The notes: generated by a model not told the origin, from the letters alone. Counted from the first letter of the stretch, positions 18,964-30,136 are shown. The stretch is 64,000 nt of DNA from Fimbriimonadales bacterium (GCA_041744215.1 JBGTLG010000022.1:1-64000), one strand, 5' to 3'. Numbers and translations: made by a program.

Positions 18964-20973
18964 TTGATGCCGGCGCATAGGCTGCGTCCCAGCTACCAAA
19001 TCGTCGCGACCCTATTGCTCGTCATAGCGAGTTTGGGGCTTGCGTTCAAACTCCTCTCAAGATATCTTCCCGAGGCGCAGCCGAACCTTGTCGCCCGCGA
19101 ATACTCCACATTTCTCCAAGTCGTCGGCAGGCAAAAAGTCGATTGGTTCCCCTACTCAGCGGAGGCGTTCGAACAGGCTCAATCACTTGATCGGCTCATA
19201 TACATGGAAGTCGGCTCACTTTTCAGCCGTTACTCAAACATCGTCGCTGATCGATTCTATAACGATGAAGAGTTCGTTCGTTTGCTCAATAGCCACTTCA
19301 TCTCAATAAGGGTCGACATTGATGAGTTGCCTGCCGTAGCGCTTGCGTTGGCGGCAAACACCTCGGTCTTCGTTGACGCCGGAGGCGCGCTTTTTGTGGT
19401 GCTGACGCCGGAAGGGTATACGGTCGAAGCGACTCAATATCGACAGCTGAGATCTTCGCGAGAGCCGTTGGGTATGTATGAGTGGCTCTCTGACCACGCG
19501 CGAAACTGGGTCGTGGAGAAGGGCGAAGTCCGAGAGTCCGCGAAGAATCGACTCGAAAGACAGGCGTCGTTGATGGCAAGCTCTTTACAAGCAGGCGCAG
19601 TCTCGGTTGACACCCCAGAGGAGTTCGCGGCCCAGCTGGCGGTGGCGTTTGATTCGGGAACCGGACGAATCGGGCAGCGACCAGCGCCGCTCTGTCCAGC
19701 TGCACCAGCGCTGCTTCTGTCCGTGCGCCGGACCGCGGTCGAGGGTCGCCGCTGGGTCCAGGCCCTTCGCATCAGCGCTTCCTACGATCACCTCCGGGGT
19801 GGGTTCTTCGACGACTCTCCGAACGGATGGTGGTCGCCGACCTACGGGAAGCGGGTTGGGCGATCAGCGCAGCTTGCATCGGTCTTGGCGGCAGCATCAT
19901 CGAATGGCGATCTGCTTTCTCAGGCGGCTCGGCAAACGACGAACTGGATTCGGGAATCAGCGGTTGGCGATGACGGCCAGTTGTACGGAGTAGGCCTGTC
20001 CACGGACGAACTCGTCCTCGAGGGGAGCCGATACTACGACTTCACGACGGTCCAACTGCCGCCGAACTCGCCATTTCGTATTGGGGCGACTCGCTCGACC
20101 GGGCCGCCATATCTGACCGAATCACGGATGACGGACCCAGCGGACCTCATCGCCCAGGCAGCCGAGGTCCTGAATCGGGTCGCTGAGGGGCGGCAGCCGC
20201 CGATGTTCGATCCAGCGACCTATACGGACGACAACGCGCGCACGATCTCAGGCTTGGCGCTCACGGGCATTATGCTCGGCGAGTCAGCGCTGTTGGCGGT
20301 CGCGGAGCTGCGATTGAGGCGGCTGCTGCTGACGCGAGTACACGGGCTTGGCGACGTCGATCACGCTCCCTCAGGGCGCGCCAAGACGACGGGATTCTCC
20401 GGCGACTACGTCTGGCTCGTTCGGGCGATCCTTGACGTTTATAGGGGAACTGGTGATCGCGATCTGTTGGAAATCGCGCGAAGGATTACGTCCCGCGCGC
20501 GGGAACTGTTCGCCACTGACACGGGTCTGCTCTTGACGCGCTTAAAGTCGGAGAAAGTCGGTGCGTTCGAGATTGACGTCGTAAATCTGGCGGATGATTG
20601 GCACGAAAGCATCAACTCCGTCTGGATAAGGAACTTGCAAGACCTCGCGGGCATCCTTGCAGACACAAGTCACCATGCGCTTGCGAGGAACGCCTTGCAG
20701 TCAATCGGGACGTCCGCACCACGGTTGGGTGTCGGCGGTGCTGGGCTAATGCGTGCGCTTTATGAACACTTTCGCCCAATTGTGCTTGTCTCAGCTCCGG
20801 ATCCGACGCTCTTCTCTATCGAGCTGCAGCGACGCCGATTTGGGATTCTTGTCGCGCCAAATCCCGTGCCGAACGACCCTGTGGGCTACCATTGGGTTGA
20901 GGCCGGTGTCAAACAAGGGCCGTTCACTCTGGCGGAGATTGAGGCGCGGTTACGCCTGTCTGAGGGCCGGTAG
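18964..20973 (+). CDS. DUF255/YyaL-like thioredoxin-domain protein, divergent
   Basis: VDWFPYSAEAFEQA, LLNSHFISIRVD, YDHLRGGF. Confidence 0.75.
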   Translation: MMPAHRLRPSYQIVATLLLVIASLGLAFKLLSRYLPEAQPNLVAREYSTFLQVVGRQKVDWFPYSAEAFEQAQSLDRLIYMEVGSLFSRYSNIVADRFYNDEEFVRLLNSHFISIRVDIDELPAVALALAANTSVFVDAGGALFVVLTPEGYTVEATQYRQLRSSREPLGMYEWLSDHARNWVVEKGEVRESAKNRLERQASLMASSLQAGAVSVDTPEEFAAQLAVAFDSGTGRIGQRPAPLCPAAPALLLSVRRTAVEGRRWVQALRISASYDHLRGGFFDDSPNGWWSPTYGKRVGRSAQLASVLAAASSNGDLLSQAARQTTNWIRESAVGDDGQLYGVGLSTDELVLEGSRYYDFTTVQLPPNSPFRIGATRSTGPPYLTESRMTDPADLIAQAAEVLNRVAEGRQPPMFDPATYTDDNARTISGLALTGIMLGESALLAVAELRLRRLLLTRVHGLGDVDHAPSGRAKTTGFSGDYVWLVRAILDVYRGTGDRDLLEIARRITSRARELFATDTGLLLTRLKSEKVGAFEIDVVNLADDWHESINSVWIRNLQDLAGILADTSHHALARNALQSIGTSAPRLGVGGAGLMRALYEHFRPIVLVSAPDPTLFSIELQRRRFGILVAPNPVPNDPVGYHWVEAGVKQGPFTLAEIEARLRLSEGR

Positions 20974-21823
20974 GAGGCTTCTTAGTCAGAGCGAATGATG
21001 CCCAGACCGCAACCACGCAGACTGCAAGTAAGGCCGTCGTCATGATCTTCTCTTCGCGCGACATTTTGAACTCCCGCCAATTGACCGCCAACACTAACAG
21101 CCCAATCGGAACGAGCGCGGGTAGCGCGCGCAACGGAACGCCCAGCATTGTGGTATCGCCGAGAAAGAGAACAATTCCCAAGTAGATCAGCAGGCCGGGC
21201 ACAATTGCGATCAACGTTTCTTTGGATCTCATCCCGAACTTGTGGATAGCTACGAAGAACATCGATAAGAACAGAAAATCGGCGGGGCCAATCTGTGCCG
21301 CAGGGGTTACGCTTCCGAACTGTGGGACTTTGTAGGCGATCGTCTCGAAAGCCATTCGGCCCTTCTCGCTCTCCAGAGCGAGTTTCACCGTCCCGATCGG
21401 CGCAAAGACAGCGATTATGTCAACGGCTGCGAGAACGAAGCAGATCGGGAGTAGCAGGTTTTTGTCGCGGATGCCTGTCGCAATCAGCGCGCCCAAAGAA
21501 GATGCCCACGCCAGGACGCCTATCTGCAACAGCGCACCAAACACGCTCAACGCGAATGTGGGCCCCGACACTTGCCTCGCGAGCAGTGTGATCAGCACGA
21601 ACATGATAATCGCCAAGATAAAGGAAGTGAGCGCTGATCTCCACGTCCACCCGAACTTGCTGGCAAAGAAGATCGCAAACACGGGGAGTGAAACAAAGAG
21701 GATCGAAGAAACCACGGTCCCGAGGGTGAGCCAACCAACCGGAATTGGTATCAGCGGCACAGCGACTCCGAGGACGAACAGCCCTCCGAGAAGGATACCG
21801 ACCCACCAGACTGGTTCCCGCAC
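20924..21823 (-). CDS. Multi-pass membrane protein, presenilin/signal-peptide-peptidase-like
   Basis: About 9 TM helices; VDIIAVF, IGPADF and LPAL motifs. Confidence 0.6.
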   Translation of the reverse strand: MREPVWWVGILLGGLFVLGVAVPLIPIPVGWLTLGTVVSSILFVSLPVFAIFFASKFGWTWRSALTSFILAIIMFVLITLLARQVSGPTFALSVFGALLQIGVLAWASSLGALIATGIRDKNLLLPICFVLAAVDIIAVFAPIGTVKLALESEKGRMAFETIAYKVPQFGSVTPAAQIGPADFLFLSMFFVAIHKFGMRSKETLIAIVPGLLIYLGIVLFLGDTTMLGVPLRALPALVPIGLLVLAVNWREFKMSREEKIMTTALLAVCVVAVWASFALTKKPPTGPQTGVTAPQSPPE

Positions 21824-21919
21824 GCGAAGAGGCTACCTAACCCAAGATCAGTAGAGTCTCGTCTACTATCTCGAAGCCGTCCACAAACTCAAAACGGAGC
21901 GCGTCCATAATGGGTTCTA

Positions 21920-22462
21920 ATGGCTGATCTTCGACTGGACGCTGGTGACATTCGCCGCACGCTCGGGCGCATGGCGCATGAAGTTTTAGAGACGCACGAG
22001 GGCGCCGAGAATCTTGTTGTGATTGGGATTCTCAATCGGGGATTCTATGTTGCAAAAAGATTGGCATTTGCAATGACAAATATCGAAGGGACTACCGTCC
22101 CGTCAGGAAGTCTTGATATTCGCCCATTCCGCGATGACGTCGCAAGATCAGAGGGCATTGCAGATGAATCCGAGATCCCTTTCGACCTCAATGGAAAGCG
22201 CGTCGTTCTCGTTGATGAGGTCATGCAAACCGGTCGCACGATTCGTGCCGCATTAGATGCCATGATGCACCATGGGCGACCCGCGCAGGTGCGATTGGCA
22301 ATCCTGATAGACAGGGGCGGACGCGAGTTGCCGATCCAGCCGAACTATGTGGGCAAACTGATTGAAGTCGCGCCAGAAGAGCGCATCGAAGTAAAGTTCG
22401 CAGAAACAGACGGAGAAGACGCCGTCTACATTCAGAAAGGAGCCATACCTTGCACCTCTTGA
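21920..22462 (+). CDS. pyrR: PyrR regulator/uracil phosphoribosyltransferase
   Basis: LDIRPFRDD, TGRTIRAALDA, DRGGRELPI. Confidence 0.93.
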   Translation: MADLRLDAGDIRRTLGRMAHEVLETHEGAENLVVIGILNRGFYVAKRLAFAMTNIEGTTVPSGSLDIRPFRDDVARSEGIADESEIPFDLNGKRVVLVDEVMQTGRTIRAALDAMMHHGRPAQVRLAILIDRGGRELPIQPNYVGKLIEVAPEERIEVKFAETDGEDAVYIQKGAIPCTS

Positions 22463-23394
22463 GCATTCGAGAAATGCACCCCGAAAAGATTGAGGAGACC
22501 CTTGCGCTTTCGTTGCAAATGAAGAAAACAAGTCGCGCTGGTGGCAAACTGCCATCTTTGGCTGGGCGTGTTGTTGGAATGCTGTTCCTTGAAAACAGCA
22601 CCCGAACTCGCGTTAGCTTTGAGCAGGCGGCGAGGAAGCTCGAACTGGCTTGCTGCGTGTTCGGTGTTCAGGGAACCTCGATGGCGAAAGGCGAATCCTT
22701 GAAGGACACTGTTTTAACGCTCCGCTACGAAGGAATTGATAGCCTCGTTATGAGGCACAATTCAAGCGGTGCGCCGTATCTCGCAGCACGCTTCTTCGGC
22801 GGCCCAGTTATCAATGCAGGCGACGGTATGCACGAGCACCCAACACAGGCGCTCGCTGATGCAATGACGATTCTCGAACACAAGGAGCGCATCAAGGGGC
22901 TGTCAGTGGCCATCGTTGGCGACGTGATGCACTCGCGAGTTGCTCGCAGCAACTTGTGGCTGCTTTCCAAACTTGGGGCAGACGTCAGACTCGTTGGTCC
23001 GCGAACGCTTTTGCCGCGTCACCCAGGGCACTTGCCGGTGTCGATACACTACGATCTAGCATCAGGCATTGAGGGCGCGGACGTCGTGATGGCGCTTCGA
23101 ATGCAAAAAGAGCGGATGGATGGCGGTCTGGTGTCGAGCATGAGTGAATATGCATTCATGTATCAGGTCAACGCGAAGTCGCTACGCGGTGCGCAGCCGG
23201 ATTGCTTGGTGATGCATCCTGGACCGATCAACCGAGGACTTGAACTCGATGATTGGACTGCAGACGGCCCGAACTCAGTCATCAACGAACAAGTCGAAAA
23301 CGGTGTCTATGTGAGAATGGCGGTCTTTGCTAACGCCTTCGAAGCAAGCAATGGAAAACCGAAGAAGACACAAAAGAAGGCGGTCAGCGCATGA
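22450..23394 (+). CDS. pyrB: Aspartate carbamoyltransferase
   Basis: ENSTRTRVSFE, HPTQAL, MHPGPINRG. Confidence 0.97.
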   Translation: MHLLSIREMHPEKIEETLALSLQMKKTSRAGGKLPSLAGRVVGMLFLENSTRTRVSFEQAARKLELACCVFGVQGTSMAKGESLKDTVLTLRYEGIDSLVMRHNSSGAPYLAARFFGGPVINAGDGMHEHPTQALADAMTILEHKERIKGLSVAIVGDVMHSRVARSNLWLLSKLGADVRLVGPRTLLPRHPGHLPVSIHYDLASGIEGADVVMALRMQKERMDGGLVSSMSEYAFMYQVNAKSLRGAQPDCLVMHPGPINRGLELDDWTADGPNSVINEQVENGVYVRMAVFANAFEASNGKPKKTQKKAVSA

Positions 23395-24710
23395 AGTTAG
23401 TTCTCAAGAACGGAAGAATTCTCGACCCGAGCCAGGATCTCGATATCGTTGGCAGCGTCACGATCGTTGATGACCAAATAGATGAAGTCGGCGAAACAGT
23501 CGATGAGCGCGGCGCATTCGAAGTCTACGACTGTGCTGGCATGTGGATCACCCCTGGTCTGGTCGATCTTCATGTCCACCTGCGTGAGCCAGGCTTCTCG
23601 CATAAGGAGACGATCATCAGCGGCACGCAGTCGGCTGCAGCGGGCGGATACACCGTAATCTGCTGTATGCCGAACACCGATCCGCCGCTTGACGACCCTG
23701 CATTGATCGACTTCATATTGGATCGGAGCGCTTCGCCAGAAGCGGGCGGAGTGTTTGTACAGCCGATCGGCGCGCTTACGCGCGGCATGAAGGGTGAACA
23801 GCCTGCCAATCTTGCATCGCTCAAGCGCGCCGGCATCGTAGCGGCGAGCGACGACGCGTTTCCTGTACAAAACTCTCAGGTGATGATGCGCTGCATGGAG
23901 CTTTGTCGTCAGCTCGACTTGCCCGTCGCCGTCCATTGCGAGGACGAGTCCTTGACTCAAGGTTCGAGCATGAACGAGGGAGCTATGAGCGCGATGTTAG
24001 GGCTCAAGGGGATGCCAAGAACGGCAGAAGAGATCCAAGTCGCGCGTAACTGCATGCTCAGCCTTGAAACGGGATGTCCGCTGCACATTCTTCACGTAAG
24101 CACGTGGGGATCCGTCGAGATCATTAAGCAGGCGAAGTTCTTGGGCGCGCCCGTGACCGCAGAGGTATGCCCGCACCACTTCTCGATGACCGATGAAGAC
24201 ATGGTGCCCTTTGATACGAATTGGAAGATGAATCCGCCGCTCAGAACGCAGGTCGATGTTGACATTTTGCTTGGTGCGATTGCTGATGGAACGATCGATT
24301 GCATCAGCACGGACCACGCGCCGCATGCGGCATATGAGAAAGACAGACCGTTCGACGAAGCGCCATTCGGAATCGTCGGGCTGGAATCTGCCGTTGGTGT
24401 GACCTTGACTTACCTCACGCACAAGGGCGTTATCAGCCCCTTAGAGACAATTCGCCGAATGAGCACTCGCGCCGCGGAAGTCTATCGACTTGATGCCGGG
24501 ACGTTGAAGAAAGGTAGGACGCCGGTTGCGCAGATCACCGTCATCGATCCTGATGTGGAGTGGACATTTGATGTAAACAAAACATTCAGCAAAGGTAAGA
24601 ACTCGCTTTATCACGGCATGAAGCTGAAAGGGAAAGCGATGCTAACTTTCAGCGGTGGAGAGGTTTATCGCGACGCCTTGTGGGCCGGTGGCGAGCGCGT
24701 GACGGCCTAA
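23391..24710 (+). CDS. pyrC: Dihydroorotase
   Basis: DLHVHLREPG, KMNPPLR, TDHAPH. Confidence 0.96.
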   Translation: MKLVLKNGRILDPSQDLDIVGSVTIVDDQIDEVGETVDERGAFEVYDCAGMWITPGLVDLHVHLREPGFSHKETIISGTQSAAAGGYTVICCMPNTDPPLDDPALIDFILDRSASPEAGGVFVQPIGALTRGMKGEQPANLASLKRAGIVAASDDAFPVQNSQVMMRCMELCRQLDLPVAVHCEDESLTQGSSMNEGAMSAMLGLKGMPRTAEEIQVARNCMLSLETGCPLHILHVSTWGSVEIIKQAKFLGAPVTAEVCPHHFSMTDEDMVPFDTNWKMNPPLRTQVDVDILLGAIADGTIDCISTDHAPHAAYEKDRPFDEAPFGIVGLESAVGVTLTYLTHKGVISPLETIRRMSTRAAEVYRLDAGTLKKGRTPVAQITVIDPDVEWTFDVNKTFSKGKNSLYHGMKLKGKAMLTFSGGEVYRDALWAGGERVTA

Positions 24711-25792
24711 ACCAGCAACCCTTCCACCTGTGATATCCTGCTCATCAACTCATCGCGGTCCTCGCAGACCAGCGTAACATGTCCGACCTTGCGCCCAGGT
24801 TTTGGCGACTTGTCATACGCATGAAGGTGTGCGCCGCGGATCGCAAGTATGTCTTCATGGCGAGGAATATCGCCAATCAGATTCACCATTCCTGCAAGCC
24901 CTCGTGCTGCAGTCGATCCCAGTGGTAAGCCGAGAATCGCACGGAGGTGGTTTTCGAACTGACTCGTCTCTGCTCCTTCGATCGTCCAGTGCCCTGAGTT
25001 GTGTACACGAGGAGCCATTTCGTTCGCGAGCAGTTTTTCGCCCAATTGGAAGAATTCAATCGCCAGAACGCCCACATAACTCAGCCGCTCGAGGATGCGA
25101 GCCGCTATCGCTTCTGCATTGGCTTGAAGAGAGCTTGGTGCACTTGGGACTGGTGCTACGGATCTGCGGAGAATGCCGTCACGATGGAGATTCTCGATCA
25201 GGGGATAGAACGCAGTCTCCCCTCTCGCTGAACGTACCGCGATAATCGACAGCTCGCGGTCGAATCGAACGAACGATTCAAGGATTAGTGGTCGGCCAGT
25301 ACTCAGACCCCCCCCGTCGGCAACATCGCTCGACGATGAGAGCACGTATTGGCCCTTGCCGTCATAGCCGAAACGACGTGTCTTCAGCACAGCTGGGAAT
25401 CCCGTCCGAGCAATTGCGTCGTGCAAATCGGTTAGCGAGTCCACCGCAAAGTAATCCGGCGTGTCAATGCCCAGTTCGCTAAACAAGGTCTTCTCGGCGA
25501 GACGGTCTTGCATCACGCGCAGGGCGGCTGTCGGTGGATAAACAGGAACGTCTCCGCATAGCCACGGCGAGTCAGAGTTTACATTTTCGAATTCGTACGT
25601 CACGACGTCCAACGATCGCAACGTGTCGGTAACCCGGGAAGGATCCAGATAGTCTTGATTCAGGAGCGGTGCGACTCGCCCAGCGCACGCCTCAGCAGAA
25701 GGGTCCACGATGACGAATCGGAGACCGAGCGGATAACCCGCAAGCGCAAGCATTCGGCCCAGCTGCCCTCCGCCCAAGATTCCAACGGTCAT
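24707..25792 (-). CDS. purK: N5-carboxyaminoimidazole ribonucleotide synthase
   Basis: [23 protein letters not shown]. Confidence 0.96.
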   Translation of the reverse strand: MTVGILGGGQLGRMLALAGYPLGLRFVIVDPSAEACAGRVAPLLNQDYLDPSRVTDTLRSLDVVTYEFENVNSDSPWLCGDVPVYPPTAALRVMQDRLAEKTLFSELGIDTPDYFAVDSLTDLHDAIARTGFPAVLKTRRFGYDGKGQYVLSSSSDVADGGGLSTGRPLILESFVRFDRELSIIAVRSARGETAFYPLIENLHRDGILRRSVAPVPSAPSSLQANAEAIAARILERLSYVGVLAIEFFQLGEKLLANEMAPRVHNSGHWTIEGAETSQFENHLRAILGLPLGSTAARGLAGMVNLIGDIPRHEDILAIRGAHLHAYDKSPKPGRKVGHVTLVCEDRDELMSRISQVEGLLV

Positions 25793-26280
25793 GACGAACT
25801 TGGGTCCGGGTTTTCCAAAACGGTTTTCGTTTGCCGCTTGCGATAATCAATCACAGCCTTTTCAATTTGCGTGTTAGATCTTGAAAGGATTGACGCAGCG
25901 AGAAGCGCCGCATTGATCGCGCCAGCCTTTCCAATCGCGACGGTCGCAACAGGCACTCCAGCAGGCATCTGAACAATCGAAAGCAGCGAATCCAACCCTT
26001 TTAGGGACTTCGATTCCACCGGTACGCCGATGACCGGAAGATGCGTCTTGCTCGCCGTCATACCGGGCAGATGCGCCGCCCCGCCTGCTCCGGCGATGAT
26101 CACCTCGATCCCTCGGCCCGCCGCCTCCTCTGCGTATTCGAAGAGCAAATCCGGCGTTCGATGCGCAGAAACGACTCGTTTCTCAAAAGGGACCTTAAGC
26201 GCCTCCAGGGTCTCCGCCGCGTGCTGCATCGTCTCCCAGTCCGATTTTGAACCCATGATCAGGCCGACAAGGGGCTGCAT
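25789..26280 (-). CDS. purE: N5-CAIR mutase
   Basis: MGSKSD, SAHRTP, AAHLPGM. Confidence 0.97.
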   Translation of the reverse strand: MQPLVGLIMGSKSDWETMQHAAETLEALKVPFEKRVVSAHRTPDLLFEYAEEAAGRGIEVIIAGAGGAAHLPGMTASKTHLPVIGVPVESKSLKGLDSLLSIVQMPAGVPVATVAIGKAGAINAALLAASILSRSNTQIEKAVIDYRKRQTKTVLENPDPSSS

Positions 26281-26289
26281 GGAACGAGT

Positions 26290-26874
26290 TTACCGGCGAC
26301 GCGGCTTGCCTGTGATCCGATGACACTTTCGGCACCTTGCCTCGTATGTTTCCGTAGCCCCGATCAGAATCACCGGATCGCTCCAGGCGGCTGGCTTTCC
26401 ATCGATGATTCGCTGAGTGTGGCTCGCGGGCTCGCCACAAACCACACAGATCGCGCGGAGCTTCACGATCTCATCCGCCAGAGATAAAAGCCTTGATATC
26501 GGCCCAAACGGCTCCCTTCGGAAATCCTGATCGAGTCCTGCCACGATAACGTGGATGCCCCGGTCCGCGAGCTCAACGGCCAAGTCCGGCAGCGACTGGT
26601 CGAAGAACTGGGCCTCTTCGATCACCACTACCCGCGCATCAGGGTCGATCCGATCGCGGAGTTCGCTGACAGAAGCCACTGGCGTCGCTGCGTGAGTCAC
26701 CCCCATGTGAGTCGCGACCATTGCCTGCTCGTATCTCTCATCGAGTTGGTGCTTAAACACCTGAACGCGCTGCTTCGCGAACATTGCGCGGCGGACCAGT
26801 CGGATGAGCTCCTCCGACTTTCCGGCAAACATGGAACCGCAAATCACGGTGATCTGGCCGCGGCGCGACTTCAT
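26290..26874 (-). CDS. tdk: Thymidine kinase
   Basis: GSMFAGKS, EAQFF, YEARCRKC. Confidence 0.95.
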   Translation of the reverse strand: MKSRRGQITVICGSMFAGKSEELIRLVRRAMFAKQRVQVFKHQLDERYEQAMVATHMGVTHAATPVASVSELRDRIDPDARVVVIEEAQFFDQSLPDLAVELADRGIHVIVAGLDQDFRREPFGPISRLLSLADEIVKLRAICVVCGEPASHTQRIIDGKPAAWSDPVILIGATETYEARCRKCHRITGKPRRR

Positions 26875-26957
26875 TGCCTCATTCTGAAAGAAGGAAAGCC
26901 GCTGGTGACGGCGAACTTAATGGTCGACGTGCGCGAGCAACTATTGGGTGGGAAGCA

Positions 26958-28106
26958 GTGATCATCGGAGTACCCACCGAAACTACCCCCGGCGAAAGGC
27001 GAGTGGCGCTGACTCCTGACGGAGTGAAGGCGCTCGTCTCACGTGATATCGCCGTCGCTGTCCAGTCCGGAGCGGGTCTTGGCGCAATGGTACAAGACCA
27101 GGAATACTCCGATGCTGGGGCTCAAATCGTCCGCGACGCAATCGAGGCGGCGGACTTGCTCGTGAAAGTGATCGGTCCCGAAGATGGCTCGTCCGACAGC
27201 GAGTTGATGCGACTCAAACCCGGCAGCGCGCTCGTCGCGCTCTTGTTTCCTCACACAAACGTCGATACGATCGCGTCGTTGGCAGAACGCAACATCACAG
27301 CTTTTGCGATGGACCTCATGCCCCGCATTTCCCGCGCACAGAGCATGGACGCATTGACTTCGATGAGCACAATCGCCGGCTACCAGGCTGCGCTGATAGC
27401 TGCCGAGAAACTTCCAAAGTTTTTCCCCATGCTGATGACCGCAGCCGGCACGCTCGCCCCCGCGCGTGTGTTAGTGATCGGCGCAGGCGTTGCCGGCTTA
27501 CAGGCGATCGCGACCTGTCGGCGCCTCGGCGCGATGGTCGAAGCATTCGATGTCCGCCCAGCGGTCAAAGAGCAAATTCAAAGCCTCGGAGCAAAGTTCG
27601 TGGACCTCGGCCTATCAGCCGAAGAGTCGGAAGACGCGGGCGGCTACGCAAAGGAAGTCAGCGGCACAACGCATGCGAAAGAACTCGAAGTCATTGCATC
27701 CCGGCTGCCAAAGTGTGATGTCGTCATCACCACAGCACTGATCCCAGGTCGGCACGCACCAACTCTTATCACAAGAGAGATGGTCAGGCTGATGCAGCGA
27801 GGGTCGCTGATAGTTGACCTCGCCGCAGTGAACGGCGGAAACTGCGAAGCGACCGTTCCCGGGGAGACAGTGGACTACGAGGGAGTGACCATCATGGCGC
27901 CACTGGATCTCCCATCAAAAATGGCCGTTCACGCTAGTCGAATGTATTCGAAAAACATGACCGAGTTTCTCACTCACATTATCCGCGATCAGAAACTGGT
28001 GCTTGACCTCGAAGACGAAATCACACATGGCACGCTTGTGACACACGAGGGAAGAGTGATCCACGAGCCGACGCGGCTAAAGATCGAGAGGACGAAAAAA
28101 TCATGA
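26958..28106 (+). CDS. pntAA: NAD(P) transhydrogenase alpha subunit, part 1
   Basis: ERRVALTP, RAQSMD, GAGVAGLQA. Confidence 0.93.
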   Translation: MIIGVPTETTPGERRVALTPDGVKALVSRDIAVAVQSGAGLGAMVQDQEYSDAGAQIVRDAIEAADLLVKVIGPEDGSSDSELMRLKPGSALVALLFPHTNVDTIASLAERNITAFAMDLMPRISRAQSMDALTSMSTIAGYQAALIAAEKLPKFFPMLMTAAGTLAPARVLVIGAGVAGLQAIATCRRLGAMVEAFDVRPAVKEQIQSLGAKFVDLGLSAEESEDAGGYAKEVSGTTHAKELEVIASRLPKCDVVITTALIPGRHAPTLITREMVRLMQRGSLIVDLAAVNGGNCEATVPGETVDYEGVTIMAPLDLPSKMAVHASRMYSKNMTEFLTHIIRDQKLVLDLEDEITHGTLVTHEGRVIHEPTRLKIERTKKS

Positions 28107-28405
28107 CCCTGATTGTCGTAATCACCATTTTCGTGCTTGCCGTTTTTGTCGGCCTCGAGATCATCACCAAAGTTCCTCCGATTCTGCATACACCATTGAT
28201 GTCCGCGACGAACGCAATCCATGGCGTCATCCTGGTTGGCGCATTGATAGTTCTCGCACACGCTCATTCTACGGCGGAAATCGTGCTTGGCATGATCGCC
28301 GTCGTCTTCGCTACACTCAATGTTGTTGGCGGATTCGTTGTCACCGATCGTATGCTTGAAATGTTTAAGAAACGACCCGATCCGCCGGAGAAGAAGCATG
28401 AATGA
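28103..28405 (+). CDS. pntAB: NAD(P) transhydrogenase alpha subunit, part 2
   Basis: LHTPLMSATNAIHG, GGFVVTDRML. Confidence 0.93.
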   Translation: MTLIVVITIFVLAVFVGLEIITKVPPILHTPLMSATNAIHGVILVGALIVLAHAHSTAEIVLGMIAVVFATLNVVGGFVVTDRMLEMFKKRPDPPEKKHE

Positions 28406-29792
28406 TCACTGGCTGATCGAGCTTGGCTACCTGGTCGGCGCAGTCCTTTTCATCCTTGCTCTGAAGCTCCTCAATTCTCCCAAGACTGCAAGACGAGGAA
28501 ACTGGTTGGCGGCCCTGGGCATGGCGATAGCGTTGGGAACTGTTGGGTTCAGCCTCGGCCATGTCGAAACGCAAAACTACATTTTCATTGCCGTCGCTGT
28601 GGTGGCTGGCACGATTATCGGCTCGATCTCCGCAAAGCGTGTCCAGATGACCGCGATGCCGCAAATGGTTGCATTGTTCAATGGAGTCGGCGGTGGCGCG
28701 GTTGCGCTGGTCGCGATGATCGAGTTTATGGCCGAGCCAGGCGAACGGCTCGCACCAGTTCCTTTAGTTACTGCTGTGCTCAGCGCAATAATTGGCTCGG
28801 TATCGTTCTCGGGCAGCATGATTGCGTTTGGAAAGCTGCAAGAGATAATGCCAGGCAAGCCGATTCTGTATCCTGGCGACAAGGTAGTGACCGCGCTCGT
28901 GCTCGCTGCGGTTATCGCTCTTGCCGTACTGCCGATCTCCGGCTCCACATCGATTGCGCTTTTCGCCGGGTTACTCGGTACTGCGACCCTTCTCGGAATC
29001 CTCATGGTGCTTCCGATTGGGGGAGCGGATATGCCCGTCGTAATTTCTCTGCTGAATTCATTCACTGGATTGGCGGCAGGTCTGGCCGGTTTCGTTCTCG
29101 GAAACACTGCGCTCCTGATCGGCGGTGGCCTTGTCGGTGCGAGCGGGCTAATTCTCACACTCCAAATGTGTTCCGCGATGAATCGGTCCCTCGAGAATGT
29201 GCTCTTTGGCGCGTTTGGGGCGGCGAAGTCAGGAGATCACACTACAGCCTCCGCGACTGGAAGAATCCGCAGCTACTCAGTCGAAGACGCTGCGATCATT
29301 TTCGCTAGCGCGAGGACTGTCATCGTTGTCCCGGGCTACGGGCTCGCCGTCGCCCAGGCCCAGCACGTAGTCAAGGAGCTGATGGAGAAACTCGAAGCGC
29401 GAGGAATTCAAGTCAAGTTTGCAGTTCATCCAGTCGCAGGTCGAATGCCAGGTCATATGAATGTTCTTTTGGCTGAAGCTGATATCTCGTACGATCACCT
29501 CTTCGATCTGGATGAGATAAACTCCGATTTTCCAGAAACAGATGTCGCGTTGGTGATCGGCGCAAATGACGTTGTCAACCCGGCTGCGCGCACCGATAAA
29601 TCTTCTCCGATCTACGGCATGCCGATACTTGACGTCGACAAAGCCAAAACAGTTATCGTTTCAAAGCGCGGTATGGGCGCAGGATTCGCAGGGATCGAAA
29701 ATGAACTCTTCCTGCAAGAAAACACGGTCATGGTGTTTGGCGATGCAAAAGCAACAATGACCAAGCTAGTTGCTGCCCTCGACGAGTTCTAA
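28398..29792 (+). CDS. pntB: NAD(P) transhydrogenase beta subunit
   Basis: GGADMPVVISLLNS, HPVAGRMPGHMN. Confidence 0.96.
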   Translation: MNDHWLIELGYLVGAVLFILALKLLNSPKTARRGNWLAALGMAIALGTVGFSLGHVETQNYIFIAVAVVAGTIIGSISAKRVQMTAMPQMVALFNGVGGGAVALVAMIEFMAEPGERLAPVPLVTAVLSAIIGSVSFSGSMIAFGKLQEIMPGKPILYPGDKVVTALVLAAVIALAVLPISGSTSIALFAGLLGTATLLGILMVLPIGGADMPVVISLLNSFTGLAAGLAGFVLGNTALLIGGGLVGASGLILTLQMCSAMNRSLENVLFGAFGAAKSGDHTTASATGRIRSYSVEDAAIIFASARTVIVVPGYGLAVAQAQHVVKELMEKLEARGIQVKFAVHPVAGRMPGHMNVLLAEADISYDHLFDLDEINSDFPETDVALVIGANDVVNPAARTDKSSPIYGMPILDVDKAKTVIVSKRGMGAGFAGIENELFLQENTVMVFGDAKATMTKLVAALDEF

Positions 29793-30136
29793 ACGTGAAC
29801 AAACTCGCCAATCATTGCGGGTAACTGCTCAATCGGCACGAATGCAGCGGACGGAAACTTCTGCCGAGCTGCCGCAACCTTGTCGGGTGTTCCGCCGACG
29901 AAGATGATCGGAATGTCTCGCCTCGACTCTGCTTCCCAAATCCACTCGGCGACGCTCCGCCCATGAGATGGCAAACGCTCCAGCGAGATGATCACCAGGT
30001 CGGGACGGTAGTCGCCCCAGCGATCAAACGAATCCGTGTTCCACTGGGTGCGAACTGCATGCCCTTCCCGCGAAAGAGGAATTGCAAGCGACTCGATCTC
30101 CTCTTGGTTCCAGTGGACAATATAGACATTCGCCAT
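29789..30136 (-). CDS. Atypical receiver-like domain protein
   Basis: PDLVIIS...IPIIFV flavodoxin-like pattern; SD AGGAAG. Confidence 0.6.
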   Translation of the reverse strand: MANVYIVHWNQEEIESLAIPLSREGHAVRTQWNTDSFDRWGDYRPDLVIISLERLPSHGRSVAEWIWEAESRRDIPIIFVGGTPDKVAAARQKFPSAAFVPIEQLPAMIGEFVHV

